Shown: positions 27,990-42,839 of the stretch, piece after piece
Position numbering within the stretch: position 1 is the first letter of the stretch
Layout of the letters: each line of letters starts with the position of its first letter
Assembly (NCBI RefSeq): GCF_006345805.1
Contig: NC_043011.1
Coordinates: forward strand, 24,192,464 to 24,256,463
Direction of reading: 5' to 3'
From: Octopus sinensis
Taxonomy: Eukaryota
Length of the DNA: 64,000 nucleotides
Made by a program: the position numbers and the translations under genes
Notes under the pieces: model-generated
What the model was told of the DNA's origin: nothing
What the model saw: the letters and a program-made list of their open reading frames with translations, nothing else
The model's database searches: none

Positions 27990-28200
27990 ATCATGCAATG
28001 TCAAGCAGACACAACCAGACGTGCAAGCATGCATGCATTAGGTAGGCATATACAATGGGTTTCTTTCAGTTTCCATCTCCAAATCTATTTACAAGGCTTT
28101 AGTCAGCCCAGGGCAGACTAGAAAACACTTTCCCAAGGTGCCAATCAGTAGGATTGAACTCAAAGAGGCATGTGGTTGGAAAGCAAACTTTGTAACCCAT
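27990..28200 (-). mobile_element. Family-A SINE, 5' half
   Basis: GTTTCTTTCAGTTTCCATCTCCAAATCTATTTACAAGGCTTTAGTCAGCCC...CCCAAGGTGCC...TGAACTC aligns with 60850-60990. Confidence 0.7.
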
Positions 28201-29589
28201 TAAATTCATAAAAATTATTGAAAAAATATTATTCAATTTTTTTTCATTATTTTTCTGTAGTTATGAAAAACAATCAAGTTAATTTTTTTCCTCTGAAAGT
28301 CAAGTAGGTTTTTCTTTTGGAGTTTTTTTTAAACTTTTATCAAATAAACTCCTTACATAAGGGAAATGGAAATTCATTTATTTCGAATATCAGAAAATTG
28401 TAAATGATATATGAATAAACAAAGAAAAATGTATTAATACTGTATATTATGATTGCTATGTGAAACCTCTCTTATGATATTGGTAAAACTGTCAACAACA
28501 ATTTTAAATTAAGACAAATGAAAAAAACATCACAATGCATCTTTATCATGTGCACAGAAATGTATTGGTAGATCATCTCAGAAGAATTGGAAAAATAGTC
28601 CAAAAATAGAATTTCTTGGTGAAAAAAATCTGAGAAATAGAACAAAATGTAAGAATAATCCCTTCCTTTCTATTGTGCAGTATTGTACAGTGAAGTAAAT
28701 CAACAAATGTGATCAATAAGTAATGAAGCTTAAGTTATAGAAAAAGACTGATATTACTTGGCATAATATAACTTAATAAGCTGATAAATACATTGAACAA
28801 CCAATGTACAATAAGAAAACATTGATCTAAGATAATGAACAGCTCAGATAAATTAACATATGAATATAAACAAATATTTTTACAACTATAGAGCAGAAAT
28901 TGAAAAACATAGAATAAAATATTTAAACGGTAATTAAAAACATGAACAAATATTAAAATATGGAAAGCAAGTCAAAAAGTACAAAAAAAATTCATAGTAT
29001 CCTATTTCATTTAGATTTCTACCAATTCCAATGTCAAAAAAAAAAAAAATTATACATGAAAAGTGCTCAGGAAAAATAGAAAAAGTATTTATATATTGGA
29101 AGTTAGCTATAATATTAATTAAATAGGTTTTACAAGATTCAATTTATGTTAATGTTATGTTAATGAAGTAACTTTTTTTAAAATTACAATTGGCAACAAA
29201 ATATTTCTCTTGCATATGTCTTTCTCTGACACACTATCCCAAGCAAAGAATATCACTACACTGAATTATGCAGAATGTAGGATAAAATAATAGAAGAGCA
29301 AATATGACCTATATTTAAAGATAACAGATTCTGAAGAGAAACCAAGCACGAAGCATTTGTATGGTCATTCACCTGCTAGAGATAGTAGTTAAATCTTTGT
29401 TAAATCACACACACTGTCTTGAAAATAACAAAACATTGCATAATGCAGTTATAGATAAATCAAATGGGAAGGTCACAGGTGCCACTAATAGACCCAGATC
29501 AGCTCAGAGCTGACTTGAGTCTAAACAACTTATTGAGATTGTCGCTATTAGGTTAGGACTACAAACTTGCACAGAGGCCTCACAAGTGT

Positions 29590-29762
29590 TTAGTGTCACA
29601 AAAAAAGCACCCCGTACAGTTCATCTAGTGGTAGGCATTAGGAAGGGCATCCAACTGTAGAAACAATATAGGAGAACAACGCAATTCTCTGATTCATTGG
29701 ACCCTGTCTAACAGCCAACCCATGCCAGCATGGAAAGCAAATGTTAAATGATAATGATGATT
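29590..29762 (+). mobile_element. RTE-type 3' tail / short retroposon fragment
   Basis: AAAAGCACCCCGTAC...TTAGGAAGGGCATCCAACTGTAGAAAC...CCAACCCATGCCAGCATGGAAAGC...TTAAATGATAATGATGAT. Confidence 0.7.
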
Positions 29763-30346
29763 GTCATTTGTTCTCTTTCTTATTAGGTGTAAAACAGCAA
29801 AAACCATAGCAAGTGTTCTGAAAATGGAAAAACAGGGTATGTTGGATATTTGTGGGAGGAGACAAAATAAAGTGGGAAAATGAGACACCAAGCAGGAAAA
29901 GCAATTTCCTAGAAAATCTGCACACAAAACCACCTCAGCCCCATGAAGGTTTCAATGTAGTCACTTCTGAAATTTCACATCAGGATCAGCTGCCCACCAC
30001 CACTCACATCATTAGCCCCAATATTTCCTTGGACTGTATGAGAGCTGAACAGCTTTCCCTGCTTCCCAACAGTGCCACAGTTGTAGCAGTCCTGGGGGTT
30101 CAAATCAAACAAGCAAGGAGGTCACATGATTGCATGGCTTTCCTGTTGGGCTTTGCTAGACATAAACTGCACTCTCCCCAGAGCTGAGGGTTTCATACAG
30201 CACACATCTGACAGTGGATGTCAGCTACTTTGAGTTGCTCAGAAACAACCCTCTTTGAACTGCTGCTATTGTTAACTATTGTTAATTATGTCCTGAACCT
30301 GCTGGATGAACTCAACCATATTGAAAACCTAGTATTATGCTTTCAT

Positions 30347-31266
<920 letters not shown>

Positions 31267-31293
31267 ATTTACAAAAAAAGAACAAAAGACAAA

Positions 31294-31925
31294 GATGTGT
31301 ATTAGTTTAACGCTCAGGATGTGAGAAAGTCTTTTATATTTCGAGCCTACACTCTTTGACAGAAAGGAACACAGAAATAAATAGGGAGGGAAAAGAGAAA
31401 AAGGTACTGGAGTGTCGTTGCCAAGTCAGATGCCTCGGTGGTGTTCCGCAAACTGGTCAGCCAAGTGGCGCCCTGTTTGACCGACGTATAGAGACGGGCA
31501 GAGAGAGCAGGAGATGCAGTAGATGATGTTGCTAGGAGTGCAGATGGAGTCAATGATATAGGGTCGATGATGGGTGCCTGTGAGGAGGGTGGTATTGGAG
31601 AGGTAAGGGCAAGTGCGGGATCGTGGGTGGAAGCAGGGGAAAAAGCCTGGTTGGGAGGTTGGGTTAGGGAAGAAGCTGTTTGAAGGAGGGGGCGGGGTCA
31701 GTTAGGGAAGATGCATGAAGTGGAGGGGTCAGACTGGAGTCACCGGAAGGCTCGGAGAATGGTGCGTTGGAGAGGTAGGGTGGTGGGCTGGTAGGTGAGG
31801 GGAAACAGGAGAGAGGTGACAGCAGGGCGGGTGCAGGGGAAGAGAACAGATGCACAGTCTACGGAACGTGCTCTGGCAAGGGCAGTGTGGATAGTGGTGA
31901 GGAGATCTGGTAAGATAGAATTAGT
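31294..31925 (-). mobile_element. Penelope-like element 3' fragment (GIY-YIG endonuclease plus 3' end)
   Basis: Minus strand 31555-31405 reads IDSICTPSNIIYCISCSLCPSLYVGQTGRHLADQFAEHHRGI*LGNDTPV, the IYC-x-YVGQTGR.L..(R)..EH GIY-YIG signature; GC-rich. Confidence 0.85.
31331..31366 (-). ncRNA. Degenerate minimal type I hammerhead-ribozyme-like motif
   Basis: CUUU-CUGUCAA-A-GAGU(GUAG)GCUC-GAA-AUAU-A-AAAG: stem I CUUU/AAAG, stem II GAGU/GCUC, palindromic AUAU stem III; core differs from CUGANGA at two positions. Confidence 0.5.
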
Positions 31926-34900
31926 CAGTCACTGTGAGGAATTGTACTTTCAGTTTCCCCCAATGTGTGCATGTATGTGTATAAACACACACATACATAT
32001 ATATATATATATATGCACACACACATACTCTACATATGTATTGAGTTCTTTCTTCTGGAGGTAGTATTACATAGAAGTATATATAATGCATTTGTGTTCA
32101 TCTTTTTCCTATAAGACATCAAAAATAAATCAATAAGCATTTTTTCCTATGAAGAACTTGTACTCCTATGGGAAATTCATTTAACTGAAAGTTGAAATTT
32201 CATTTTAAAAAATATAGATCTTTTATAATTTTAAAAATAAGTCCAGAGGAAGCTATTTTAATTATGTATAAATAATAGACAGCAAATATGAACAGGTTCT
32301 ATGATTATGATCATGTGAAAAAAGGCATTAAAAATTTCCCTTCAAATTAACTCATCAAATTTATGCATCTGTACAAATAAGATTTTATAAATATATTCTA
32401 AATTTAAAATTATATTGATTTTAAGGAAAGATTTTTAAAACTAATGTCAGCATTAAAACAAAAATGTTGGTATCGCTTACAGAATTGACTCAAAATAATT
32501 CATCTATTGAATAACTAAATCTAACAAAAAAAGCTTAGTCAAGAGATTTCAAGGGAGGCTTTTTTTTTTGTTTTTAATGGAATTCTAACATGCCTTTCCC
32601 TCTAAAATCATAAATCCAACATGCTTGTTCTTTTTTTACATTTTATGAATAAAAATTCAAACATATATTGGTCTGCATGTAATCTGATTAACAGCTTTAA
32701 AAGTTTTCTATAAAAGATAGCATTTTGCTAGCATTGATTAGAAGCATGACTAGACTTACAATCAAGTTTAGGAATTACAGAACTTTTTGATGAAGTAAAC
32801 TATATCTGATTGATTTATTGGTAAAAAGGGGTTATTTGGAGACTGATATATTTCAGATAAAAAGTATTTTAGCATTAGGAATATTAATAATTTCACTTTG
32901 CAACAAATATCTCATCAAAATAAAGTACAAGAAACAATTCTCTTCATCTATCCATCATCATGAAATACATTTAGTACATCCATCAGTAATCGCAATCAGA
33001 TAATACAGTCAATACTAATTTCATAAAAGTATCAGTTTTCATTATACTTAACAATAAAAAAAAAACTATATAAAAAGAAAGCTGATATACATTTTTCTAC
33101 ACGGATTCTAGTTTTATCCAGGCTGAATGTAACATATGGTGAAAGCTGGTGAGGGGGAATACAAATTCTATATAACAAATGAATGAAAAAAGTAGCTGTC
33201 ACAATAAGAAATCATATTTTACATAAAGATCATAAAGTGGCATAATCCCATCAGGCAGCTATCCCAAGCCAATCATACTCCCATTGCTTTTCTGAAAGAG
33301 AAAAATCATATGGAGCGATAGAAAACATAAGGAGAGAGACAAACAGATAGACAAACAGAGAGAGAGAGAAAGTGATAGTTCTTGTAATATAGCTCTAGAA
33401 TTCCAACCAAAACCACTAATATTCAATTATTTTAATTCTTTTATTTAAAACATAACATTTGTTGAATTAAGAAAAAACAAAAGCAGAAAAATTACACAAG
33501 TGTTTAAATTTAAAACTATTTCAAAACTGTTTAGTTAATCAATTGGTTAAGAAGAAAATACTTAAAGAAAACTTAAATCAATAAACTTTGTTTTAAATAT
33601 GAATTTTAGCTTAAATGTATCTCTTCAGTGAATCTGTTGTGAAGACACTATATTTCAATCAATAATCAATCATAATTTAATTTCAACTAAAAAGATTTTT
33701 CAAGTAGTCATGTCACATTTCAAAGGGTCAAACTGGCTTAAGAGGATGATGTAATTACATCATTGGCTAAACAATTTGATCTTGTCGTTCATCATCATTA
33801 ACAACATGACCTTCTATGAACCATGCACTAATATACAGCAGTTTCAGTTGCACCACCATTGCAAGGAAAGAGTATGAAGACAATAAAAAGGAGTAAGAAA
33901 GAGTAACTAGGAAGAATGCAATCATAAAAAAAAAACCTCTTAGATAGGATTGGCATTCAATCTGTATTTCTCAGTCAAAGGAATAATTAAATTCTCCATC
34001 TTAACAGATTGCCAAGTAATGTTTCTAAAATAATGGTTGGTCAATTAAAACTGGTATGCAAGAATTCTGAACTCTTATGTAGAATAACAGTTGTTAAAAC
34101 AACTAGCAGCATCCTAGCTCTTAAACCAAAGAGTTTAGATTATGGCTTATCCTAAGGTAATAAGCCTTAAAAATTAGCTAAAAATAATCAATAATCTTTC
34201 TTTGAAAGTTGTGTGCCACCGGAGATTCCTATTATTAATATTTCCAAGCTTTGTTTATCCCATTACCATAGATAATTATTAGCACAAAATGTTTGCACTT
34301 ATCAACCAGCTATCCTTTATACAATATTTATGACACTAGGAAGTATATGAAAAAAATTATTTTTCAAATGAAAGAGAACCCAACATTGCCACATTTTATT
34401 CTTCACCATCATCATTAATATGAAACAATTATTTTGCAGCTGTATACACGAAGCCTTATTGCCATTCAACACACAGGCAATGAGCGTATATTTTGCAATT
34501 TCATAATAAGAATGAAAGCTTTCTGTATCAGCTCTTAATTATATTTATTTATTTATTTATTTATTTAAATGTCTTTCCAGATATAAAAAGCTTAATTCTA
34601 AATGCTAGAAATTTCTCCATTAGATGTTTTTGATACGAAAAAAAAAACTCACAAAAAATGTCTAACTTCAAATATTTTCAAGTACTGTGTTATTTCAAAT
34701 GTAAGCATTTAACTCAACTGCATTATGTTGATAGAGACTCAACCCATCAGAAACTACTGATTAAATAGTTTTTCATGAATATATTTTGGAACAAAAATGT
34801 GCCATTTTCCAAATATAGTAGTCATACTCATGAGCAAAAACAATCTAGATCTAATATAAGGTTAGTAATGAGTAACATCTCAATAATACAAGAAAACAAG

Positions 34901-36286
34901 TATCATTAAAGCACTTTTAACAATGTTGAGTATGTGGGCTTTCCAAAAGTCATTAGAAATGGTTACATTAGGCCTGTATCAGAATAGTCGGGGGGTTTTT
35001 TTAATGTACCATAGTAGTATTCATAACTTACTGGTTTCATTTTCCTAGAGATGAGTAAATATATTCCAGATATGTAAAGCATTTTTTAAGAGCAGGACAT
35101 ATATGTGCTTTGTGAAAAGGTTAACATCACTTCAAGGATGAAATATCTAGGAACCCTTAAGAAGCCTTTTATGTAACATAAAAGCATGGTGTCTCCATGA
35201 GGTCAACAGAGATTAATAAACCTAAGTAGATCAAAGGTGCAATGCTTTTAGTTTCATGTAGTATATAAAAAGTACAAGGATGTTTGTGTTACTTGTAAAG
35301 TAATAATATACATTTAACACTTGCATAACCATAAGTTTAATCAAATACATTTGTATATAAACTAGCAGTAACTATGGAAATTCCATGGTTATTTTGAAAA
35401 TTGTATGATGAAATTGTACATTTTTCTGAAGCATTTGATTCTTGAGAAGATGTAAAAATCTATATAAGCAGTATCAAAGAGGCAATCTATCTACCTAATT
35501 TATCTATCTATCTATCTATCTATCTGTCTATCATGTTCTACTTACATTTCTGTTGACGTATGTATGTGTCTACTCTAACAATATGGATAAACATTTAAAC
35601 CAAATAACTCAAAAGTTAAAGAAACCTAAATAATTGCAGTACCCCAGCATGGCCCCAGCCTTTGAGCTACTATACATAAAAAGGTAAAGGTAAGATCCAC
35701 AGCTATTTGCTCAGGTTATTCCACTTTAACTGGGAGTCAATAACTCTAGCCATCCATCTTTCTATCTTCTATCCATCAATGAGTTTATCTATCCTATATA
35801 TATATACATTGATGCATTGAAAATATAGAAACAGTTGTACATTGAAACATTTAACAATAACTAAACTTTTTTTATTGTTTGTCAAAATATTCTATTATAC
35901 AATGTTTAGTGTTGCATAACTGCTTTTCACTCCTGCATTCCTCTCAGTCAACACTACTCACTCACTCACTGTGTCTTTGCCTCTCACTTCAACTATACCA
36001 CATGCCCCTGTATTTGATATGTTTATATATCTCTCTTTCTAATTTCTACCGCATTCTTCAAGTAATTAATCACACAACATATCAGTAATACCTTTCCCTT
36101 GCCACTCAGTATTAACATTCTTCTCTCTCTCTTCTCGCACTCCCTTGAACTAACCATGTGACAGTATCATACAGTCTTAGCATAATAACTATTACTTTCC
36201 TCCTACCTCATGTTTTCTTTCTTCCTCTTTGCCTTTCCCTCCAACTAACTATGTGACATTTGGACTTAGTGTATTTATATATAGAC

Positions 36287-36388
36287 CTTGGAAATAAGTA
36301 TTTGCTTGCATTTAGTAAAATAGCCAGTGTAAGAAAAATTATAAAAGTTTCTTCATTAAATGATGATGGAAGTCTTAAATGATCAATA
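36287..36388 (-). CDS. Weak candidate exon (102 bp, phase 2-2): IDHLRLPSSFNEETFIIFLTLAILLNASKYLFP
   Basis: Acceptor catgttttacag, mediocre donor CAAG|gtctat; open frame; phase compatible with exon 47815-47907. Confidence 0.3.
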
Positions 36389-37739
36389 CTGTAAAACATG
36401 CTCTTTCAAACTGGTGGATATTAAATTGGTTAAACAGTTTTGAGTATACAATATCAAAATGCTGTGCATGTGTGTGTGATGTATAACCACAAATTATCAA
36501 GACAGTTAAGTGTAGCTAGAAAAGAAACTATTATGTGGGGGGCAAAATGAGAACTGCCCATGAGATATCTGAATTAACAGGGCATTTAGAAATTCATACA
36601 AAAATACTAAACCAAAGTTGATAGCACACCAGAGAGTAAGAGCTGTTGAAATAAGTGATTTGATTAATGAAAACTGTTCTAAATTTTTATGCTTGATTTT
36701 TATCAATTTAAATGATTTTTCTCTTAAAAATATTAAAATTGGCCTGATTACTAGGTTTGAGTAGACATATTATGCTGATGAGTTCTAACAGACTGAAACA
36801 TATCAATAGCCGTTGTTTGCTGAATGCAAAGTAATTTTGAGAAATTGATTCTTATGATTATCTCTCCTTTTCTTTGAGAATTAATATTTCTCACTTTCAG
36901 TACATCATCTCATAACTTATCTAAATTCCTGCCACTGAATCATTTGAGCTATTTCCTTTAGCTCACAATGTGAGAGGGAATGGCTGTGACCACAGGATCA
37001 TAAATTTCAGTCTAATAGACCCATTGTGCTATAGCTTTGTTTGTTCCAGTTTGCCTAAGTGACAGTGCCACTTCTTTTTTACACCTGATTAGTTAGCATT
37101 CAGATAAAAACAACTACTCTCACAAAAAGCCATCTGATCTATAAAAGGAAAGAGAAAAGAGTATGTAATAAGAAAAGAAATAAGAAAAGGGGAAAATATA
37201 AAAGGGATCAAACTTAAGAATTAAGATTTTTATATACTATAGTTCTTATCATTTCTAATACTTAAAAGTTTCAAAAACCGCATTCTTTGTTCTTGGATCA
37301 ATACCAAATTCCAAATTTTTTCTTTATATCAGTATGAAAAATACAACTATTATAGTTCAGTTTTAAAAAGTAAACCTACAAAAAAATTTTCTATTCTAAA
37401 CAAAAACAAATAAAATGCTAAAATCATTGACATTTTTATTCCTAAATAGTGGTGCTGGTACTGGTAATAATAATGGCAGTAATCTTCTGTGCCTAGTTCT
37501 ATCTGTCTGCTTCTCCCTCTGCTGCAAAAGCAGAAAATTTGTAAATCAGTGAATGACTTTTGCAACAAGTGGCAAAGGAAATAACAAATACTAACTATTA
37601 TGGTAAGTACCAATCTTTGTAAAGTTTTATTATTATTATTATTACCATCATCATCATCAAGTTAGAACTCATGACCTTTGCAGACACTCTCAAATTAGTG
37701 AGTGGTTTTTAGGTTGCCTATGTTAATGTAGGGAAATTA

Positions 37740-38560
37740 TGAGCAAGAAAGGTGTTCCAGACATCTGAAATTCTGAGTAATATAATGTTCAGTGCAGAAT
37801 TTAAGGAGAAACACAGAGTAGAGATGTCAAAGAGAGAAGAGGGGTATGCACTGGGAGTACTTTGTTAGAGGCAGTGTGCAGAAGCCACTATAGAAATCGT
37901 GAAAGAGATAGCGAGAAGAAAGAGCATTTGTGGACTACATAGAAGTCTTTGGTATTGTTGTTGTTTTTCTTAATGTAGCCTAATATACTTGTCTGTGCAC
38001 AAATAGCAGCATATTAAATATGTAAATAGTACTCTAATATGGTTAGCATTTGCACTTTGTAGATACTTGATGAAAGCATTTTATGGCCTTGAAGAGAAAG
38101 TCTGAACTTTTGGGATACAGTTTTCACAATGTTACAGATGTGTGACTGGAGATTTTAAAGCTTACTATTTATAATCACAGTGAATATTTAACTGTGTACT
38201 GTTCAAGAGTGCAGAATGCATGGTACTGTAACATTGTTTCTTTGAATTGTGAAATGATTGCATCATGGTGTTGTTGAAGGAAACTAGATTAGCATTTCCT
38301 GAATGAAATTTTCAAGGTCTCTTCTGTACATGGAAGGTGGTGTATGTTTGACACAGGTTATGTAGGTTGTAAGTGGGTGTTTTTATATATTTTTACTGGG
38401 AGGAAAGGCAGTGCCCATAACACATTATGAAGCCAGTGAAATTGATGGGAGATTGAAAGAAGGTATCCTTAAATTGGAGATGGTATGAAAGATGGCAGCA
38501 GAATATACTTTATTAAAGGCACCTAAAGCAGGTGGCAGTGATGCTGAAGCAGGCAACAGA
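37740..38560 (-). mobile_element. Decayed CR1/L2-type LINE 3' fragment
   Basis: Minus strand contains YKVQMLTILEY (CR1 YK.QVR..LEY motif) and an SLF.DFYSGFC-like segment; boundaries approximate. Confidence 0.55.
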
Positions 38561-40582
38561 TTGTCTACAAAGCAAGTGAATGGCTATTTCATTTACATAA
38601 AAAATGTATGCAGAGAGGTTATCAATGTATAGAAGGGTATGTAGAATATACAGTGAAAACTAAAACAAGCCTTATACAGATGGCTATTTTCTTTAACTAT
38701 TTATTTTTGCTGATACAGGATAACTTCTGTAAACCAGTACAATGCATTATATTGAACTGTTTTTCTTTTGCATTAAAGTATATCATTTGGAGAAAACAGC
38801 AGATTAGACCGTGATGTAGCTCAAGTTTACAATAATGTCACCAGAATAGTTCACAAAAACTAGAATAACAAATGATAAAACAGTTTCTTTAAATTGAATT
38901 AAGCTAATTGAGTTAATAAGATTTTTTCTTCAGTTGGAAAAAAATTAGCATAAAATCATCTTGTAATATTTCATTTTATTGAAATATATGTCAAATCACT
39001 GATAGAGTACAGTTCATCAGTACTTTTGCAGTTTGTTAAAGTACCACAACCATCAATTAATTCAAAGAACAAGGACACTGCTTTACACTACTTTTGATTA
39101 TTACATTAAACCTTTGCCTCTGGATATATGTTAGCTATCAAAATAATGCTTCTTAGACATCAGATCTAGTTGTTACAACTGTCACATTATCAAATTATAA
39201 ATATAGCATGAAAGCAAGATTTAGAGATTAAGAGGTCAATGGAGACCAATAAGTGATCAGAAAGAATAGACAAACTTAAATGCAAGATTTAAAAGCAGAG
39301 AAAACCAAAGATTCCTTCCTAAAATTACATTCACTGCATTCCCAAACAATTAATCTCATTGCTCACTAAGAGAGAGATTTTTCAAATTTTAAGAAATAAA
39401 TTCAGCTTTATTATTCCAAAGAGACAAGTGCATCATCTCTACTAAAAGCACTGTTTGGATATCTGAAATGGTGCAGCCACCAAATAAATATTGTGGAACC
39501 TACATTTTTTATGACAGGAGGCAGAGAAATTCAACATACAACAACCACAACAATATTTGCACCATTAAATTTTTCTGGATATGTGCTACCCTTACCTAAG
39601 CCCTTTCTCTGCACATATTTCTAGGCTGACCCACTAAATTCTGTACTGAACACTATCCTTTAAAAGCCTACTCAAAACACAGCCTACATACCTCCTCCCA
39701 AATCTTGACCTGCATAAGCTGAACAAACTTGCCAGTCTTAGGAAGGGTTCAAGCACTATGGACACTACTTTTCTTAGACAAATAATATTTCTTTTTTTTG
39801 AAAAGTTATAACACTATATAACTATTTCAATCATTACCATGTAAAATGTTTGGTAAAGAATAAGAGTGACCTCCATTATCCCAATGTTACCTAAATTCCT
39901 TTAGTGTTTTCTTTTTAACAAAGAAAACATAATTGACAGCATATAAATGAAAATAAGTAATCAGACCCTACAACTTGTGATAAATATATTTTTTTCATTC
40001 TTATCACTTACTCCTGTTATTATGTGACACTGACCAGACATTAAAAACACAAGAGAAGTAAAATAATCAGTAGATGTTGAAAGCATTTTAATTAGGATGT
40101 TTGCCAATTACTATCTTGTACAAAGCTTAATTGCTTGTCATGAAACGTAAACATAAAGTGAAAAACATCTGCAAACAAATAAATAAATAACTTTTTAATA
40201 TCAGTAATTACAATATACATAAAACCTTTTAAAAGAAACATGACAAGTTTAAAATTACTACTAGTCAGACAAAACTAACAAAAGATATTTTTGAAACAAG
40301 CAACTGAAAACTAGAAATCTAAGTACAAAGATTCAAATTTACTGAATGATAGATACATAAGCAAATGCAGCTAAGGTCTTCGAATAAAATGTTATACTTT
40401 TGCTTTAAATGTAACATATACAATCAATGAAAAATTTGATTCAAGAATACTATAATATGAATACCTAAGTGATCACTCAATCAGCTAGAAATAGCAGACA
40501 AATTCCATATGTAAAGGGCATCTCTAATAATATTCTAGATAACCCTAAAAAGACAAATGATCATAACTGGAATACATTCTAC

Positions 40583-40678
40583 CATGTGGCTGTCCAATAT
40601 GGGTTGAGCTGAGGCTAAGCAACATTGAATATGTTTGGTCATCAAGTTTACAGAAATGATTTAGTCTAGTTTTATAGC
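40583..40678 (-). CDS. Weak candidate exon (96 bp, phase 1-1): YKTRLNHFCKLDDQTYSMLLSLSSTHIGQPH
   Basis: Strong acceptor cttttctacttttgtttctctaatgtcag, weak donor CATG|gtagaa; single open frame. Confidence 0.25.
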
Positions 40679-41317
40679 CTGACATTAGAGAAACAAAAGT
40701 AGAAAAGTTAAAATAAGTTAGTCTAATATACAATGCAATATTTCAATTTCCTTTAACATGCACACTTAGTTTAATTGAAAAGTAACTGAATTTTAGATGT
40801 GTAATCAAATAACTTAAATTATTTTTATTTCTCAAAAGCAACATTTTTCACCTTACAACTCTAATTACATATAATTTAAACAATTTTGATAAAACAATTG
40901 TCATCTATGTAAAAGTATTTTGTGTGAAATGACAAAACAGGTACAAAAGTATGATAAATTTGATAATTTATATTTATTCTACCTAGACACCATTTCATTT
41001 CCATATTAGGAGAAAAAAAAATCCTTCTTTTCTATAAAGAACTATTTCAGTACTAGGGTACAAAACAGTTTGTCTTAGAAACATTTCATTCTAATAGAGA
41101 CATTTAGAAATAAATTATCAAAATTGTTTAGAAAACCAGCACAATGCAAGTTGGAAATAAAAGAGTAAATGAAATAGAAGTAACAGAAACAAAAAAAAAT
41201 GACAGTTTAACTCTTTGATTTTTATATTTCACTATTTTGGAGTTAAAAGCCCTTTATAAAGACAAAATGAAAGATGATGACGAGCTTGTACTTTGATGTA
41301 ATAATAGGTAATCTTAC

Positions 41318-41364
41318 TAGTTTGTCTTCTAATCCCTTAGATATCAAGCCACCCAATAAGTCTA
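41318..41364 (-). CDS. Weak candidate exon (47 bp, phase 1-0): DLLGGLISKGLEDKL
   Basis: Acceptor gtatttgtaatgcag (NAGNAG), donor CTA|gtaaga; would join in frame to exon 13789-13873 (LEDKL|FELLNL). Confidence 0.3.
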
Positions 41365-41570
41365 CTGCATTACAAATACATACAAGCTGTCAAAGTCAAT
41401 GTTGCCATAACTATATTAAAATGTCTTTGAAACTTTTGTTACAGATGATATGTAAACTATTGAAATGCTCTTTAATGCATAACACAACTATCACCAACCA
41501 TATTAGACAAACCAATGAGAAAACTTACAACTAACAACATAATGAAAAACATCAAGAGCCAGTAGTGTTA

Positions 41571-41628
<58 letters not shown>

Positions 41629-41630
41629 GT

Positions 41631-41823
41631 GGCTTGGTTAGAAAATTGCAGGGTTTCACTGTGTTTGATTGCTTTCAGAACTGTGGTTAAAAGGAAGTTT
41701 TGAGTATTGCATTAGTGGTTAAGTTGCTGTAACTGTTTATGTAATACTTAAACCTTCCTTTCTAATTCTGAACACCAGAACTCTGAAAGCAACCAAATAG
41801 TGAAACCGTACAATTTTCAAGCC
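41631..41823. mobile_element. MITE-like element with about 40-bp imperfect terminal inverted repeats
   Basis: GAAAATTGCAGGGTTTCACTGTGTTTGATTGCTTTCAGA (41641) versus reverse complement of the right end GAAAATTGTACGGTTTCACTATTTGGTTGCTTTCAGA. Confidence 0.75.
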
Positions 41824-42839
41824 GATCTTTAACTTCAATAACACTGACTAGTGCAATATATTAATATCTAAATTATTTTCCTACCCACATATGTAAAAAT
41901 TTAATATTAGAAAAGAATTTTAGATAATTCTAATTCAACAAGGAAACAAATATAGAGTTAGTAACACCAAATCACAAAAATTCTTGAGAGTCATTTAATA
42001 CAAAAAGACAACAAATTTTCAGACAGCATTATATTTTATTCTCAAGAAAATTGACAATGATAGATGTTCCATTTTTAATTTTGCAATGAAAGAAGCTAAA
42101 GAAAAATATTGACTTTTTTACTGATTTAACTTATCTTAGACCTGAAAAATTCTAATGGGATTGCCCAACTTCCTACCCAAGAACTTAATTGTTAAAAACC
42201 ATGTCATTTAAAAAAACAAAAATTCCACTTTCCCCAACAGTCCACATTAAAATCCTTTTATTAATTTTAATTAACTCTACAGGTAATGATGCATAATTTT
42301 TCTATGAACTAAATCCAGTACATAGCTATAAAGAACCAAGACCTATTTCACTTAATATCCCAAGAAAAATTACATTTTAATCTACCTTAGAAATACAAAG
42401 TTTCATGTTGTGTAAAAGACCATGATCAATAATTTAAATTCTTAGACATTTACTAAAAGATAAAAAGTTATGAAGAAAATAGTTGATTGGGATGAGAAAT
42501 ATACTTTTTTTTTTTAAATCTCAGTCTTAATTAAAATGAAATATAATGCAAATAGCTTGGTAATGTTTAACAGGAAAGAAAAGGAAATTTAAAAATTCTC
42601 CTATAAACAACCTTTAATTATGCATTATTTAATTTACTTAATGAAGTGTTCAAAACATAAAATGGTTTCAAATTGAACTTGCAGGTGGATTATTTAGGTT
42701 TCTTTGTTTGTTCTTTGAAGAAAATAAGGAAAAAGTTACTGAGTACTAACTTAAAGTATCAAGGTAAGAAATTCATTTACCATACTGAAAAGAGAATTAT
42801 ATTTCATGTGGAGAGGGAATAACAGAAAGAAAACAAAAT

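Noticed and set aside
29940-30190. CYNCG motif on the minus strand suggesting a gag Zn knuckle
   Set aside because: The conserved His and last Cys are missing, and there is no supporting gag or pol context.
30295-30335. Second hammerhead-like string (CTGGATGA...GAAAACCTAGTA)
   Set aside because: No convincing stem I or stem II pairing.
42753-42786. Strong minus-strand acceptor and donor pair
   Set aside because: All three frames contain stops.
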